In this document: positions 25,219 to 38,488 of the stretch, in pieces
Numbering within the stretch: position 1 is the stretch's first letter
How the letters are laid out: every line of letters starts with the position of its first letter
Assembly: GCF_006345805.1 (NCBI RefSeq)
Contig: NC_042999.1
Location: 161,944,001 to 162,008,000, forward strand
DNA from: Octopus sinensis
Lineage: Eukaryota
DNA length: 64,000 nucleotides
Reading direction: 5' to 3'
Translations under genes and position numbers: made by a program
The notes under the pieces: generated by a model
The model's database searches: none
What the model saw: the letters and a program-made list of their open reading frames with translations, nothing else
What the model was told of the DNA's origin: nothing

Positions 25219-26180
25219 GTACAGATTATTTAATCAAGTTTTTTTTAACTAAACACTTTCAAACTTCCGATACTGGTAGAATGTGTCACAGAGAACAGGG
25301 TTTACTTTTAATGTTTTTGACAAAATTTTGTATTTTGGAAGTTATTTCATCAGAAGTTACAGATTGACAATGGACAAATTCGTATTTGGTAAGTGTCAAT
25401 ACACGAAACTCTCAGCTTTTGACTTACCCTCTAATTTCTGCCGATGATATATATACATATTACATATATGTGTAAAAGAATCCCATCATGCAATTGAACC
25501 AATGAAAGAGCCTCTACCTGGTCGCTCAACACACTATAAATAGCAGCCAGAGTATCTCCCCACCTAAATCACACGCCCATTGTATGTAATGTCCTAGATT
25601 ATCCCTAAAAAGATGGTTTGCAGAAGGCTGGAATGTCTTTGATGATAGGTTTGCAGTATCAGGGTTGATTTGAGGCTAAATAACAACAACATTATCGTCA
25701 ATTTCTATATTAACACCCACACAATTTTCACTAAGAAAAAAAAATTGATTTTTTTTGCATAGAATCAAGTACCCTGACCTGCTGCAAATCCCTTATTTTG
25801 GTTCGGATAAAATGAGGTGGGAAGGGTCCCCCCATTTCCCGGAATCATTGGAAATTTTTTTTTTCATTGAATGAATTCCTGTGACCTCCTAATATTGCAA
25901 AATTGTTACTTAAGGTGAGCCTGGTAACTGATGGTTTTGGGGTCTTGTTTGTAACTTTTGGCGAGCCATGGTGCAACCAACAACATGGTAAAAATCCCTG
26001 CCATTAATTTGGTGTGGATGGGTAATATCAAATAATTCAATCACAACATATGTTTAAATTAAACATGAAAAAATAACATTTTATCATATTATCTTTTAGT
26101 ACTTTATAAGTTAAAATCTTAAATTATTAACTGACACATTATTAATTATCTTAAAACAGCAATGTCTGGAAAAATCATGG

Positions 26181-26637
26181 ATTACATGGAAAAATGCGAG
26201 CAGGAAAAGTAATATTCTTAAGATTATAAACCTGGAAAAGTACAAGGCAAGTTATTACTTCAAGTAAAAAATAAGAAACTTTTTACTTAAAATATTGCAG
26301 CTAAAATTAAAATTTAATATTAAAAATTATTTTATTATAGTTTACAAATAACACTATACTTATTTAAGTAGAATTTGGCTAATTTACTACCTTAAATACA
26401 GAAAAATGTGACTAATTAGGCAAACTTACAAATTAGCTGAACAGTTTTGTACAATAAATTTAAAAGATGAGAACTGTAAAGAATGATAAATTAAAAGAAC
26501 TGGCATTCTTTGCTGCAATATTTTAAGTAAAAAGTTTCTGATTGTTTACTTTACTTGAAGTAATAGTTTGTCCTGTACTTTTCCAGATTTATAATCTTAA
26601 GAATATTACTTTTCATGCTCGCATTTTTCCATGTAAT
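26181..26637. repeat. AT-rich inverted repeat with ~121-126 bp arms and a 210-bp spacer
   Basis: 26181-26301 is the reverse complement of 26512-26637, with few differences. Confidence 0.85.
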
Positions 26638-26769
26638 ATACCTTTTCTTAATCCCCTTCAAATCTACTCTTTTCCACTCCAATATTCTCCCCTTGCCACA
26701 ATAAAAAAGTTTTAAAAAATAAAGGCAGTACTCCAGCAAGGCCTTACACACAATAGCTTAAAGAAACTA

Positions 26770-27200
26770 AATGACAAATTTTGTCTGTCAACTAAAGCAC
26801 AGACACTTGCATCTACTTTCAAAAACCAAACCTTTCTAGGTTGTTGCTTAAATACTTAATTTAGTAACATAGTTAAATTTATAAGTACAGATATAGATAT
26901 ACAACCTAGATTGAGATGTTTTAGGTCTTGAAACTGTTGTCTGTAAATGTTCTCCTACTCACTGATATTGAATTAGATATCCACATTTATTGAGCAGTTG
27001 ATCTCTACAAACACTACAGCAATCATTCTATTCTTGTCTCAGACAACTATATCAGCTTGTGTTTCCATTTAACAGCAGTTTTAATGAGAAAGTTCCATCA
27101 TAACCATTGTGCTGAATAGTATTTTTTAAAAATATTTGTCTAGTAATCCTATTTATGTGATGTATCGGATAACAGGGACGAGACAGTTAACTCCAGGATA
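26770..27200 (-). mobile_element. Very degraded restriction-like-endonuclease LINE C-terminal relic
   Basis: Reverse-strand fragments WNFLIKTAVKWKH, ADIVV*DK, VEINCS, NNLERFGF. Confidence 0.45.
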
Positions 27201-29058
27201 AAGTCTTGAGAACAATGAGATCAAAAGGCTGATCAGTTTTTAATACAAAATTCATGTTGGAGAATTTTGTTTTCAATCATATACACATGCTCACCCACAC
27301 ATATTTATAATATGTACATACACAATACGTATGTATACACATATACATACTTGTTTGTTTTTACATTTGTTTTTTCATTCTAGCATGAGTAAAATAAAAT
27401 AGAAAGTGGGACAGACAGAGAGATAGAGAATTTGTTATATACAAAGTAGAGTATACTCACAAGTAAACATGTGAAACATTAAAATATATGGATTTAGCTT
27501 ATCAATAAGGGGCCATGAATTTCACCCAGATATAATTCAACTTAGAGACATCATAAGAAATGAATTGATATTGTTTCATAAACATGAGTTTTTTCAGTTG
27601 AGGAAACTCTACTTTTGTGATTGGAAGACATTCACAACAGGAAATTTGCCATTTTATGGGAATATTCTCTGTAGTCATGTGATCATCATACAAGAAGCTG
27701 CCAAAGTTTTTTATTTCCCCTTTTTAAAAAGATTTTTTGTATAGCACATAGAGGGGTCTCAGCATCAAATTCCTATAATAATTAAACTCAAATTAAAATC
27801 TATCTTACATAAATCAATGATATCTAACAAACTACATATCTTTATATGATATCAATGTTACTGAAAATGAAGTGCTAAATGAAATATGATAGTATAAAAA
27901 TATATTTGACAGTGTAATATATAGAATTTCTGATACAAAGCATGCTGTATTCACAAATTAGCATTAAAATAAATATATACCTTTCGCCTTGCCCCCACCC
28001 TTTATTCATTTCTTTATTATCATCAGAGTTTTTGTGTTCCTATAAATTACTAATGCATAATGAAATGAAGCATACACACACACACATAAACATGTGAATG
28101 TACCACCAAAGAGATAATTTTATGAGTTGCAAAGCTAAAGAAAACTATCAAAAGTTTTTTAGCTCCACTGAACACTATAGTGGCTTTCCACAGTTGGTTA
28201 GAAACCACCTGGTTTCAAATGGCAAACTAGTCATGAATTCAAGCTTTACTAAACTAATAATTGCCATGTGCTTTGTAGGCAAGTTATGTAACTCTGTTAA
28301 CCTCAGTATGGCCTGGATGACAAACAGGTTCTCCACCTACTTCACAGTTGAACAGTTATAAAACTAAGGCATAAAAACATGGATGTGTGTGTTTTGTTAT
28401 GTATCTGTTTCTAAGGCATTTAGTTCTCAAAGGCATTTAGTTCTCAGGTCACCTAGATGTTAGTAGGAATCACTGAGTCTTTTAAAACACTGATTTAAAC
28501 ATTTCTTGCAAAGTGGTAAGCAAAGCAAAATATTTTACATCCCTTCAAATTTCACCCCTAAATAGTCTTACTAATTCTCTATCATCCAGGGTCATCAGAT
28601 CAGTCGGTATACCAGAGTTTTTATTATGCTGAAATCAGCATTTTAATTTTCTCTTTTTGCCTGTATGCACCAAGCTGTCACTCTTCCTGCCAAGTTATGG
28701 TAACAGCTCTGTAAAATAATTTCTCCTTTAGTTTACTGTGCTTTGTTCAACTCCTATTTCCCATAGATATGATGTACTTTTGTGGAATGGAAAGTGAGTG
28801 TTGGACTAGCAACCTGTTTCCATAAAACATACACTCACAGCTGCTACAGACTTTAGTGATACAAAAATACTTAAACTGTGATAAATACTTCCAGGTATTT
28901 ATTAGATAAATGACTTCCTGCCTGCCTGCCTGCCTGTATGTATGTTATTTAGTTTTGTTTCTAGATTTCTTACAAATGGAGAAAGAACCAATTTCTAACC
29001 TAAATCCAAGACGTTTTCACAGTAATTTCAACAATATCAACAGGCATTTGTGCATGTA

Positions 29059-29953
29059 TGAGAGGGTACCCAAAAAGAAACCGGAATTTTGCAATATTAT
29101 TTTCTTCACTTAGTTTTACATGGTTACACTTTTATCACCTTCAAAGTATTGTCCATTTGAAGCAATGCATCGGCCCAGGCACATTTTCCACTATTCAAAG
29201 CACTGCTGGAACTCTTCCGAGGTGATGCCTTTTAACACTTCCATCGTTTTTTCTTCCCCTCTTCCACATCTGAAAATTCTGTAGCAGCAGCTTTCATCGC
29301 CAATGATGACTTTTGAAAAAGGTCAGGATCAACTTCCAAGTCTTCTTTCAATTCACGATGGGCATTCAGTTGCGACTGCTTTTGATCTTCCGTGAGCAAG
29401 AGAGACACAAATTTTGCTGCAACTCCTTTCATTTGTAATTCCTCACTCAAAATTCATTGGCAGGAGCTCCAGGAAACACCAGTCATATTAACAAGTTCCC
29501 CAATTGTTCAGTCGCAATCCTCCTTCATGAATTTTCATAATGTTTTCATTCGTTTGAGAGGTCGACGGTTGTCCTTAACGAGGTTGGTCTTCAAGCAACA
29601 AGTGACCCTTCCTAAAGTGTGGAAACCACCGATAAACTTGTTTTGCTCATGGCAGTGTCCTTGTAAGCTGTTTGAAGCATAACAACTGTTTTGGCTGCCA
29701 TTTTCCCTGGCAGAAAACAGGATTTCATGGAAGTAAACTGTTCCTTTATTTCAGCCATCACAAAAATCGACAAACAGGGGAGAAGCACTGCAAAACAAAG
29801 ACATACTACATGGCAGTATGACTTCACATGATGACACTGATTGGCAGATTGATGCCTGAGGGTCACATCAAGTGGTTTCTAGCGACATAAGCCTGAACTA
29901 CAACAGGCTTGTCTCACACAGAACGTTGCTGGTTACTTTTGGGTACCACCTCG
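29059..29953 (-). mobile_element. Internally deleted mariner DNA transposon
   Basis: TA flanks (29057-58 and 29954-55) and ~26-bp TIRs (TGAGAGGGTACCCAAAAAGAAACCGG vs CGAGGTGGTACCCAAAAGTAACCAG). Transposase pieces MAEIKEQ..VVMLQTAYKD and VAAKFVSLLLTEDQKQ jump straight to the C-terminal YFEGD; the catalytic core is missing. Confidence 0.9.
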
Positions 29954-30060
29954 TATATGTGTATGTGTATAAGTATTTGGAGTCAATGCATGTGCAGATC
30001 TGCATGTTTTGTTTTATACAAGTATACTCATACATATAGTTGCTTGTCTAGACATGTGCA

Positions 30061-30456
30061 TACTCTTTACTCTTTTTACTTGTTTCAGTCATTTGACTGC
30101 GGCCATGCTGGAGCACCGCCTTTAGTTGAGCAAATCGACCCCGGGATTTATTCTTTGTAAGCCCAGTACTTATTCTATCAGTCTCTTTTGCCGAACCGCT
30201 AAGTGACGGGGACGTAAACACACCAGCATCAGTTGTCAAGCAATGCTAGGGGGACAAACACAGACACACAAACACACACACATATATATATATATACATA
30301 TGTACGACAGTTTCCGTCTACCAAATCCACTCACAAGGCATTGGTCGGCCCGGGGCTATAGCAGGAGACACTTGCCCAAGATGCCACGCAGTGGGACTGA
30401 ACCCGCAACCATGTGGTTGGTTAGCAAGCTACTTACCACACAGCCACTCCTGCGCC
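30061..30456 (-). mobile_element. SINE family A
   Basis: Reverse complement of 4742-5148, with a full GGCGCAGGAGTGGCTG head. Confidence 0.88.
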
Positions 30457-30676
30457 TATGTATTTATAAGCTAAACTTTCAGAAAATTTTACATATTTTG
30501 GCAGTTTCATTAATGGTGCACATCCGTAGTCTTATAATTAGCTTTCTCCTTTCTGGTATGTGTGCATACATATGTTCTCTTCTATTTTTAATTAATTGAT
30601 ATCCCCCTGTAAGGAAGGAGCTAGTTTCTAACAAAAATAAAGTTTCATCATTGGAATGTACATAACAAAACCAAAT

Positions 30677-30895
30677 TCATATTTTCCACTTGAGAAAGGT
30701 CTTATTTATTTTTACTATTCCATTTATAGATTTTCTTTGTAATAAGTGTGTTAGCTGGTTGATTTCTTTTTCTGAAAACCATAATTTTTCCAGATTATTA
30801 CTCGTATATTTACTCACAAAACCAAGTGTACCAATTATTATTGGTATAAATGAGAATTTATAATCTGGGAATAAAAATTGATGGTTTTGAAGCAT
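30677..30895 (-). mobile_element. C-terminal fragment of a restriction-like-endonuclease LINE
   Basis: ORF LFPDYKFSFIPIIIGTLGFV..NLEKLWFSEKEINQL..GIVKINKTFLK matches the P-I-I-I-G-x-L-G end of RLE ORFs. Confidence 0.6.
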
Positions 30896-31013
30896 CTATC
30901 CATATCTATTCCCATTCTCTTGGATTTTTAAAGAGCCATCCACATCAGCAGAGGTAATCGATTCCTATGACAGTACGTACTTTTCCTTGACTGTTTCAAA
31001 CAATGATATAGAA

Positions 31014-31051
<38 letters not shown>

Positions 31052-31872
31052 GCGAATACATAGACAGAAAAATATTTGTGACAGTTTATTAGTACATTGC
31101 AAGACCAACCAGGAAATAATGGACCTATTTCTTGATAGAACATCTATCTAGGAGAAGGATGCTCTGATATAAAACCTGAGGATAATTCAGCTTCTGACTG
31201 ACTTGGCTAATGCTTGATCACCAAGAAAAAAAAGCTGTTCTATCAGAAAAGTGGCTGCAGTTCTGTGCACACTTCACTCCTTATAATCAATGTCATACAC
31301 AGGAATTTCTTGAGAAATATACTATGGGAAAAAAAGTTCTACGGTGATGGAGAGTCATGAAAACATAAGCTTGACTAGCTGGAAGTATGTAACTGCTAAC
31401 CCTGCAAGCTTACATGTGGGTAGCTCAGGTGATTCAGCAGTGCCATTACAAAGATAGCACTGCTCAGCTGTTAATCAGGATGGATCTACAAAGAGTGGGC
31501 TGAAGAAAGCTTGCCTAATTGAGGAACTCATCAGCAACCCAATAACTAGCAGTTGCCTGGTCTTCATGGTCTCCCATAATAACATTCAGAAAATGTACAA
31601 CTTTTCAAGTGGTCATACTTGAACAAGTTATATGTATGTATATATATATATATATATATACATATGCACACACACAGGTATCAAATTTTTTTTAAATATA
31701 CAACATCCAAATTAAAAAAGATATAGTAGAAACAGTTATTAATTTAATATGTATTGTGAATTATATACATCTGGGAGGATTATTCAATAGTTTTATTAAT
31801 ATTCTTACAATGTGATGCACATACTAGTCTTTAAGGTAGTGAGTAGATCAATTTATTTATATATATATATAT

Positions 31873-32243
31873 CATCATCATCATCATTTAGCATCCGTTT
31901 TCCATGCTAGCATGGGTTGGACGGTTCAACTGGGGTCTGTGAAGCCAGAAGGCTGCATCAGGCCCAGTCTGATCTGGCAATGTTTCTACGGCTGGATGCC
32001 CTTCCTAACGCCAACCACTCCGCGAGTGTAGTGGGTGCTTTTTACGTGCCACCCGCGCAGGTGCCAGACGGGGCTGGCAAACGGCCATGGACAGATGGTG
32101 CTTTTTACGTGCCACCGGCACGGGGGCCAGGCGAGGCTGGCAACAGACACGAATGGATGGTGCTTTTACGTGCCCCCGGCATGGAGGCCAGATGGGGCGG
32201 CGCTGGCAACGGCCACGAACGGATGGTGCTTTTTACGTGCCAC
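31873..32243 (-). mobile_element. RTE 3'UTR fragment with ~3.3 internal 60-65 bp units
   Basis: (CAT)n tail and repeated TGGTGCTTTTTACGTGCCACCGGCAC cores. Confidence 0.88.
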
Positions 32244-32294
32244 ACATATATATATATACATATATATATATTTATTCTTTATCATCATCATCAC

Positions 32295-32621
32295 GTGAAG
32301 GCGCGTGGCTCAGTGGTTAGAGCGTCGAGCTTACGATCGTGAGGTTGTGAGCTCGAATCCCGGACCGGGCTGCGTGTTGTGTTCTTGAGCAAGACACTTT
32401 ATTTCATGTTGCTCCAGTTCACTCAACTGTAGAAATGAGTTGCAACGTCACAGGTGCCAAGCTGTATCGGCCCTTGCCTTTCCCTTGGACAACATCGGTG
32501 ACGTGGAGAGGGGAGGCCGGTATGCATGGGCGACTGCTGGTCTTCCATAAAAACAACCTTGCCCAGACTTGTGCCTCAGAGGGTAACTCTCTAGGTGCAA
32601 ACCCATGGTCATCATTATTAT
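32295..32621 (+). mobile_element. tRNA-headed SINE, family D, with a CORE-like central domain
   Basis: A box TGGCTCAGTGG, B box GCTCGAATCC. TGTTCTTGAGCAAGACACTT..CCAGTTCACTCAACTGTAGAAATGAG resembles the CORE-SINE domain (comparison from memory). Second copy at 57400-57637. Confidence 0.8.
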
Positions 32622-32816
32622 CTTCTTATGCAATGTGTGTGTTAGTGTGTATTTAATGTTTACACATTGTTTATAAAATATTGCCTGAATGTGATGGGAC
32701 AACACGATGCAATGCTATTATCATAAGGTAGAGCTATCACAGTAATACAAGTAGTTCAAACATTGGAATAAATTTTTCGGCATAAGAATGAAGAGAAGTC
32801 TAAATCCCAAACCCTC

Positions 32817-33216
32817 TCTCTTTTACTCTCTTTTACTGCGGCCATGCTGGAGCACCGCCTTTAGTCGAGCAAATCGACCCCGGGACTTATTCTTTGTAAG
32901 CCCAGTACTTATTCTATCAGTCTCTTTTGCCGAACCGCTAAGTGACGGGGATGTAAACACACCAGCATCGGTTGTCAAGCAATGCTAGGGGGACAAACAC
33001 AGACACACAAACATACACACACACATACATATATACATATGTATACATATATACGACAGGCTTCTTTCAGTTTCCGTCTACCAAATCCACTCACAAGGCA
33101 TTGGTCGGCCCGGGGCTATAGCAGAAGACACTTGCCCAAGATGCCACGCAGTGGGACTGAACCCGGAACCATGTGGTTGGTAAGCAAGCTACTTACCACA
33201 CAGCCACTCCTGTGCC
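32817..33216 (-). mobile_element. SINE family A
   Basis: Near-identical to 30061-30456. Confidence 0.88.
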
Positions 33217-33620
33217 TTAAAACTTTTGTTCATCCTCATAGCATAAATTTTTTTCTACCATTTCAGACTGTTAGTATGAGTTTTTACCAAAGCAGAACAT
33301 CGCTATTTTCTTTGGATTCTATGTTTATAGCAAACTGCAGGAATAGTATAATGCTGGAAATAGTACTATATCAGCAGTAGTGATGATGATGCAACATTAC
33401 TACAGTAGTACCGTGAGTGCTACAAGAATGATACTATGGCAACTAGACTTGAGAAAATGATTGGTAGAGACATCACTGCACCGTCATGTCAGGACTGCTT
33501 CAAATTGCAACATCAGCAACGTTACCATTGTAACTATTGGTATATTTTGCACTTGTAGGCCTCCTCTGCTCTACATATACAATATAACACCATCACCATC
33601 ATAAACAGCATCACTACCTA

Positions 33621-33838
33621 TTTCTTTACTACCCACAAGGGGCTAAACACAGAGGGGGCAAGCAAGGACAGACAAACGGATTAAGTCGATTACATCGACC
33701 CCAGTGCTTAACTGGTACTTAATTTATCGACCCGGAAAGGATGAAAGGCAAAGTTGACCATGGCGGAATTTGAACTCACAACATAACGGCAGCCGAAATA
33801 CTGCAAAGCATTTCGCCCGATGTGCTAACGATTCTGCC
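33621..33838 (-). mobile_element. SINE family B
   Basis: Matches 16681-16903. Confidence 0.85.
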
Positions 33839-34086
33839 ACTACCATCAACATCATCCACAACCATTGTAAATGTCACCATCATTACTCTGACCAGAACAG
33901 CAGACATCAGTGGCAGTTCTCAAACTGACAAACACCAATGCCTCCCCCACCACACACACACACACACACACACACGCATGCACACAAAAATATTAGTGAA
34001 ATTTTTTGTACAGCTCTTTTTATTGATAAGACAAAATAAAGTTTATATCCATAAACTCTTCTTTCTAAAAAAAACTAATTTTATTA

Positions 34087-34724
34087 GGCGCAGGAGTGGC
34101 TGTGTGGTAAGTAGCTTGCTTACCAACCACATGGTTCCAGGTTCAGTCCCACTGCGTGGAATCTTGGGCAAGTGTCTTCTGCTATAGCCCCGGGCCGACC
34201 AAAGCCTTGTGAGTGGATTTGGTAGACGGAAACTGAAAGAAGCCTGTCGTATATATGTATATATATCTATATATATATATATTTCTTTACTACCCACAAG
34301 GGGCTAAACACAGAGGGGACAGACAAAGGGATCAAGTCGATTACATCGACCCCAGTGCGTAACTGGTACTTAATTTATCGACCCCGAAAGGATGAAAGGC
34401 AAAGTCGACCTCGGCGGCATTTGAACTCGGAACGCAACGACAGACGAAATACGGCTACGAATTTCGCCCGGCGTGCTAACGTTTCTACCAGCTCGCCGCC
34501 TTTTATATATATATATGTGTGTATGTGTGTGTGTGTGTCCCCCTAGCATTGCTTGACAACTGATGCTGGTGTGTTTACGTCCCCGTCATTTAGAGGTTCG
34601 GCAAAAGAGACCGATAGAATAAGTACTGGGCTTACAAAGAATAAGTCCCGGGGTCGATTTGCTCGACTAAAGGCGGTGCTCCAGCATGGCCGCAGTTAAA
34701 TGACTGAAACAAGTAAAAGAGTAA
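34087..34724 (+). mobile_element. SINE family A split by a nested SINE B
   Basis: Head 34087-~34260 and tail ~34515-34724 flank the insert, which sits in the central (TA)n. Confidence 0.88.
34282..34500 (-). mobile_element. SINE family B nested in SINE A
   Basis: Full-length copy ending in GCTCGCCGCC, with TA repeats on both sides. Confidence 0.88.
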
Positions 34725-34725
34725 A

Positions 34726-34915
34726 TCCTTTAGCATTTAAATTGGCCACATCCAGCACAAATATTCTACATGTTTTATGTTCAAACCAGACAGAGCTGGT
34801 CTCTCATACCAACTGTAAAATGTTATTCTTAAAATAAACAATCACATCAGTAAAATCTTACAGCTACAAGAGACTGCATGATTAATTCAAAACAAGATGA
34901 ATAAATAAGCTTTAC
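34726..34915. mobile_element. Partial TTAA-type MITE
   Basis: TCCTTTAGCATTTAAATTGGCC start; body aligns with the 23855-24400 copy. Confidence 0.55.
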
Positions 34916-35172
34916 AATCCAATACAATTTTTGCAATCAGCTGTTCAGAGCAAGAACTGGCCTTATTAGTCATCAGAAAGCTCATCATCCCTTATAGCAC
35001 AAATGGCCCTCCCACCCCAACCTCCAGACTAAAAAGTATTAAATACTCAGAAACAAGTTCTTGTCTCCACCACCACCACCACCACCACCAGCTAGGGGGA
35101 AGTATTTACCAGTACCTAAATCAAGAGTTACATATCTAGTACCTAAATCTAGAGTTATATCTAAGGTATTTT

Positions 35173-35487
35173 GTGTTGGTGGCACAAAAAAACACCATCC
35201 GAGCGTGGCCGTTCGCCAGCCTCGTCTGGCACCTGTGTCGGTGGCACAAAAAAACACCATCCGAGCGTGGCCGTTCGCCAGCCCCGTCTGGCACCTGTGT
35301 CGGTGGTACATAAAAAGCACCCACTACACTCACAGAGTGGTTGGTGTTAGGAAGGGCATCCAGCTGTAGAAACTCTGCCAGATCTGACTAGCCTGGTGCA
35401 GCCTTCTGGTTTCCCAGACCCCAGTTGAACCGTCCAACCCATGCTAGCATGGAAAGCAGACGTTAAACGATGATGATGATGATGATG
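35173..35487 (+). mobile_element. RTE 3'UTR fragment
   Basis: Three GTCGGTGGCAC-type units; ends in GACGTTAAAC(GAT)n. Confidence 0.85.
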
Positions 35488-35817
35488 TATTAAATATTCT
35501 TAGAATTGTATCTACTGTGATCCTTAAATCTGTTAAAATACATTGATGAACTCCTTCCTTACAGAATCTACTGAGTGGCCATTCACATGCCACACAATGT
35601 ATACTTCATCATTATGAAATTGACCAACTTCTGTATCAATTCACAAACCTCATCTCTATTGTGCAATCCCATAGCTACATGAAAAAAATTCTTTGTCATT
35701 ATGTTTAACAAAGAATGTATTGGTTGTATATAAAATAATATGGCAGAGAGAAAGGCAGTCAACCGTTACTACCCTCCTGACTGGAACCCCAGTAAGGGGT
35801 CAATCAATAAGTATGTT

Positions 35818-36480
35818 GGTATTGGTGGTATTGTTAGGAAGCTGTCTATGGTATATGTCAAGATCAGTTTTGGATAGAGTTTTCGTTTTGTTAATGTGTT
35901 TAGAGTATTAAAATTTTCTTAAATCTCTGTAGAACATCTTCAAAGTATTTGGATGATTATCCTCAAATAGCAAACACTTCCTAGCATACAGAATTATCTA
36001 TTATCATACTTATTCTAAAAGTTTTCAAGAATGGATTTAGTTATAGATATCAAATGGCATAAGTTTACAAAAGCATTTATCATCTGTTATTGAATTACTT
36101 GGTAATGGATCAGTTATTATTCCATGACAAGAGAAGGAACCTGCTTAATGTTAAAAAATTATGGAATCTAAAATATTTTCACTGACCCTACCTATCTCAC
36201 TTTTTTTCTATTAACTGAATTACCTTTATAATCATTAGAAATAACGCATGTTCCTATAACATTTTGCACAAGTGCTGGTAGCTATTACTTTTACTTCTAA
36301 ATTAGCAGCACATTAAATAAAATAGTTGGTTTTCCTATAGGTATTGGTGGTATTGTTAGGAAGCTGTCTATGGTATATGTCAAGATCAGTTTTGGATAGA
36401 GTTTTCGTTTTGTTAATGTGTTTAGAGCATTAAAATTTTCTTAAATCTCTGTAGAACATCTTCAAAGTATTTGGATGATT
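35818..36480. repeat. 141-bp direct repeat, 522 bp apart
   Basis: 35818-35958 vs 36340-36480, one substitution seen. Confidence 0.9.
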
Positions 36481-36863
36481 TTTCTGTATACAAACCCTTT
36501 TCATCACCCTAAATATATGCAGTGAGCACTTTATTTTATTTGTAAACTTGTCCAGATCTCATTTGTGTAAAAGAGGGCAGATAGGATGATGCTGTTAAAG
36601 AGTCTGGCATGTATGGCATTGTCTAGCTTTGTTTGGAGTACATCCTTTATTGAGTTAAATGACTTCCATCTCAACACATATTCACTGTGTGCTATAAATA
36701 GAGGTACTCCTTTACCTCCTATATCTGATCACTTCTCACCTCTATTCAGGCCTATGCAACATCTTCCAACTGTCTATATCTTGTTTGCATCTGGCTCATT
36801 TGAAGACCTACTGCTAAGCTCTAAGTGTTCAGCTCTATCAGCATAATGTGTGTTTGTTAGTGT

Positions 36864-36865
<2 letters not shown>

Positions 36866-36909
<44 letters not shown>

Positions 36910-36910
36910 A

Positions 36911-36961
<51 letters not shown>

Positions 36962-36995
36962 TGTGTATATATATATTATATATATATTATATATA

Positions 36996-37042
<47 letters not shown>

Positions 37043-37156
37043 ATATATATATGTGTATATATATATGTGTGTGTGTAATATATATATATGTGTATATTAT
37101 ATACACACACACACATATATATACACATACATACACACACAAACATATATATATAT
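36866..37156. repeat. Complex (TA)n/(TG)n/(CA)n microsatellite
   Basis: Directly visible. Confidence 0.95.
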
Positions 37157-37204
37157 CATCATCATCATCATCATCGTTTAACGATGATGATGATGATATA
37201 TATA

Positions 37205-37385
37205 TTTCTTTACTGCCCACAAAGGGCTAAACATAGAGGAGACAAACAAGGACAGACAAAGGGATTAAGTCAATTACATCGACCCCAGTGTGTAACTGGT
37301 ACTTTATTTATCGACCGTGAAAGGATGAAAGGCAAAGTCGACCTCGGCGGAATTTGAACTCAGAACGTAGCGGCTGACGAAATAC
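37205..37385 (-). mobile_element. SINE family B lacking its extreme 5' head
   Basis: Matches 16681-16860. Confidence 0.8.
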
Positions 37386-37400
37386 ACACACACACATATG

Positions 37401-37686
37401 CATCATCATCATCGTTGTTTAGCGTCTGCTTTCTCTGCTGGCAAGGGCTGGATGGTTTGACTGAGGGCTGGCAAGTGAGGAGGCAGCACCAGGCTCCAAT
37501 TCGATCTGGCAATGTTTCTGCAGCTGGATACCCTTCCTAACGTTAACCACTCCAAGAATGTAGTGGGTGCTTTTCATGTGCCACCAGCATGAGAGCCAGT
37601 CAGGCGGTACCGGCATCGGCCATGCTTGAATGGTGCTTTTTACATGCCACCGGCACGGGACCAGTCAGCTGGCAATGGCATCGATC
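37401..37686 (-). mobile_element. RTE 3'UTR fragment
   Basis: (CAT)n tail, GCTGGATACCCTTCCTAAC, two to three GTGCCACC units. Confidence 0.8.
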
Positions 37687-37839
37687 AGAAACTTTCCAAG
37701 GACCAACCAACCTGTCTCCAAGATACCAACCCAAATCATGACTCCACCTCCCGGCATCTCAAACGATGAGTACTATTTCCTCTAATTCCAACCCATCCTT
37801 TACTCCACCCATCTGGTCCATCTAGGGTAGCATGACATT

Positions 37840-38404
37840 TGTCAGTAAAGAGGCATGCTATCTCAATTTTTAAAAGTTGCCAGATCTTTCATCCACAAGG
37901 TTTGTAAGGAGCTAGAGACTGAAGATGGAAGCATATCACCAAAATCAAAGCATAAAAAAGCATTCTAAATGCTTTAAAATCATAAGAACACCTGAATTTA
38001 TCCAACAGACCACTGATTACAATCCCAGAAAGTCCATGACATCAATTACAAAAGATATCAAGAAGATGTTAGAAGGAACAGTCTGAAATGTTGTCCAAAT
38101 AGGAATCAGATATAAGTCTTATATGATGAGGAAAAGTCAATTTGACAGAAAAAGCAAAATCACTACATCAGATCTAAAAGGCTCTTAAACATACTGAAAA
38201 ATCCAGCAGAAAAGTTGATTTGGATTTTCTCAAATGAATAAAACTTCGACCAAGATCAAAAACTTAACAGAAGAAATTACATATGGTTATGTGCAGACCC
38301 TTCTGAAGTTTCAAGTGTGTTCCTGCAACTGTCATGGAATTAGAGGTTGTCGGCAATGATGGATATGTGATACCTCCTTACTTCTTTCCATAATGCCTTT
38401 GAGT
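37840..38404 (+). mobile_element. Tc1/mariner-superfamily (maT/DD37D-like) transposase relic
   Basis: VARSFIHKVCKELETEDG; IRYKSYMMRKSQF; WIFSNE*NFDQDQKLNRRNYIWLCADPSEV; [24 protein letters not shown]. Confidence 0.75.
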
Positions 38405-38452
38405 TGTATATATATATATATACATACATACATACATACATACATACATACA

Positions 38453-38488
<36 letters not shown>

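Noticed and set aside
27502-27693. 63-aa minus-strand ORF as a possible exon
   Set aside because: No motif, no convincing splice pair, and no partner exons identified.
31873-32243. CRISPR-like pattern: palindromic ~26-bp repeat with 35-40 bp spacers (also at 40740-40960 and elsewhere)
   Set aside because: The spacers resemble each other, the array is part of an RTE LINE 3'UTR with a (GAT)n tail, the context is eukaryotic, and no cas genes are present.
32295-32370. tRNA-like sequences (also heads at 4742, 16903, 23433, 34087)
   Set aside because: They have A/B boxes but no complete cloverleaf and continue into SINE bodies, so they are SINE heads rather than tRNA genes.
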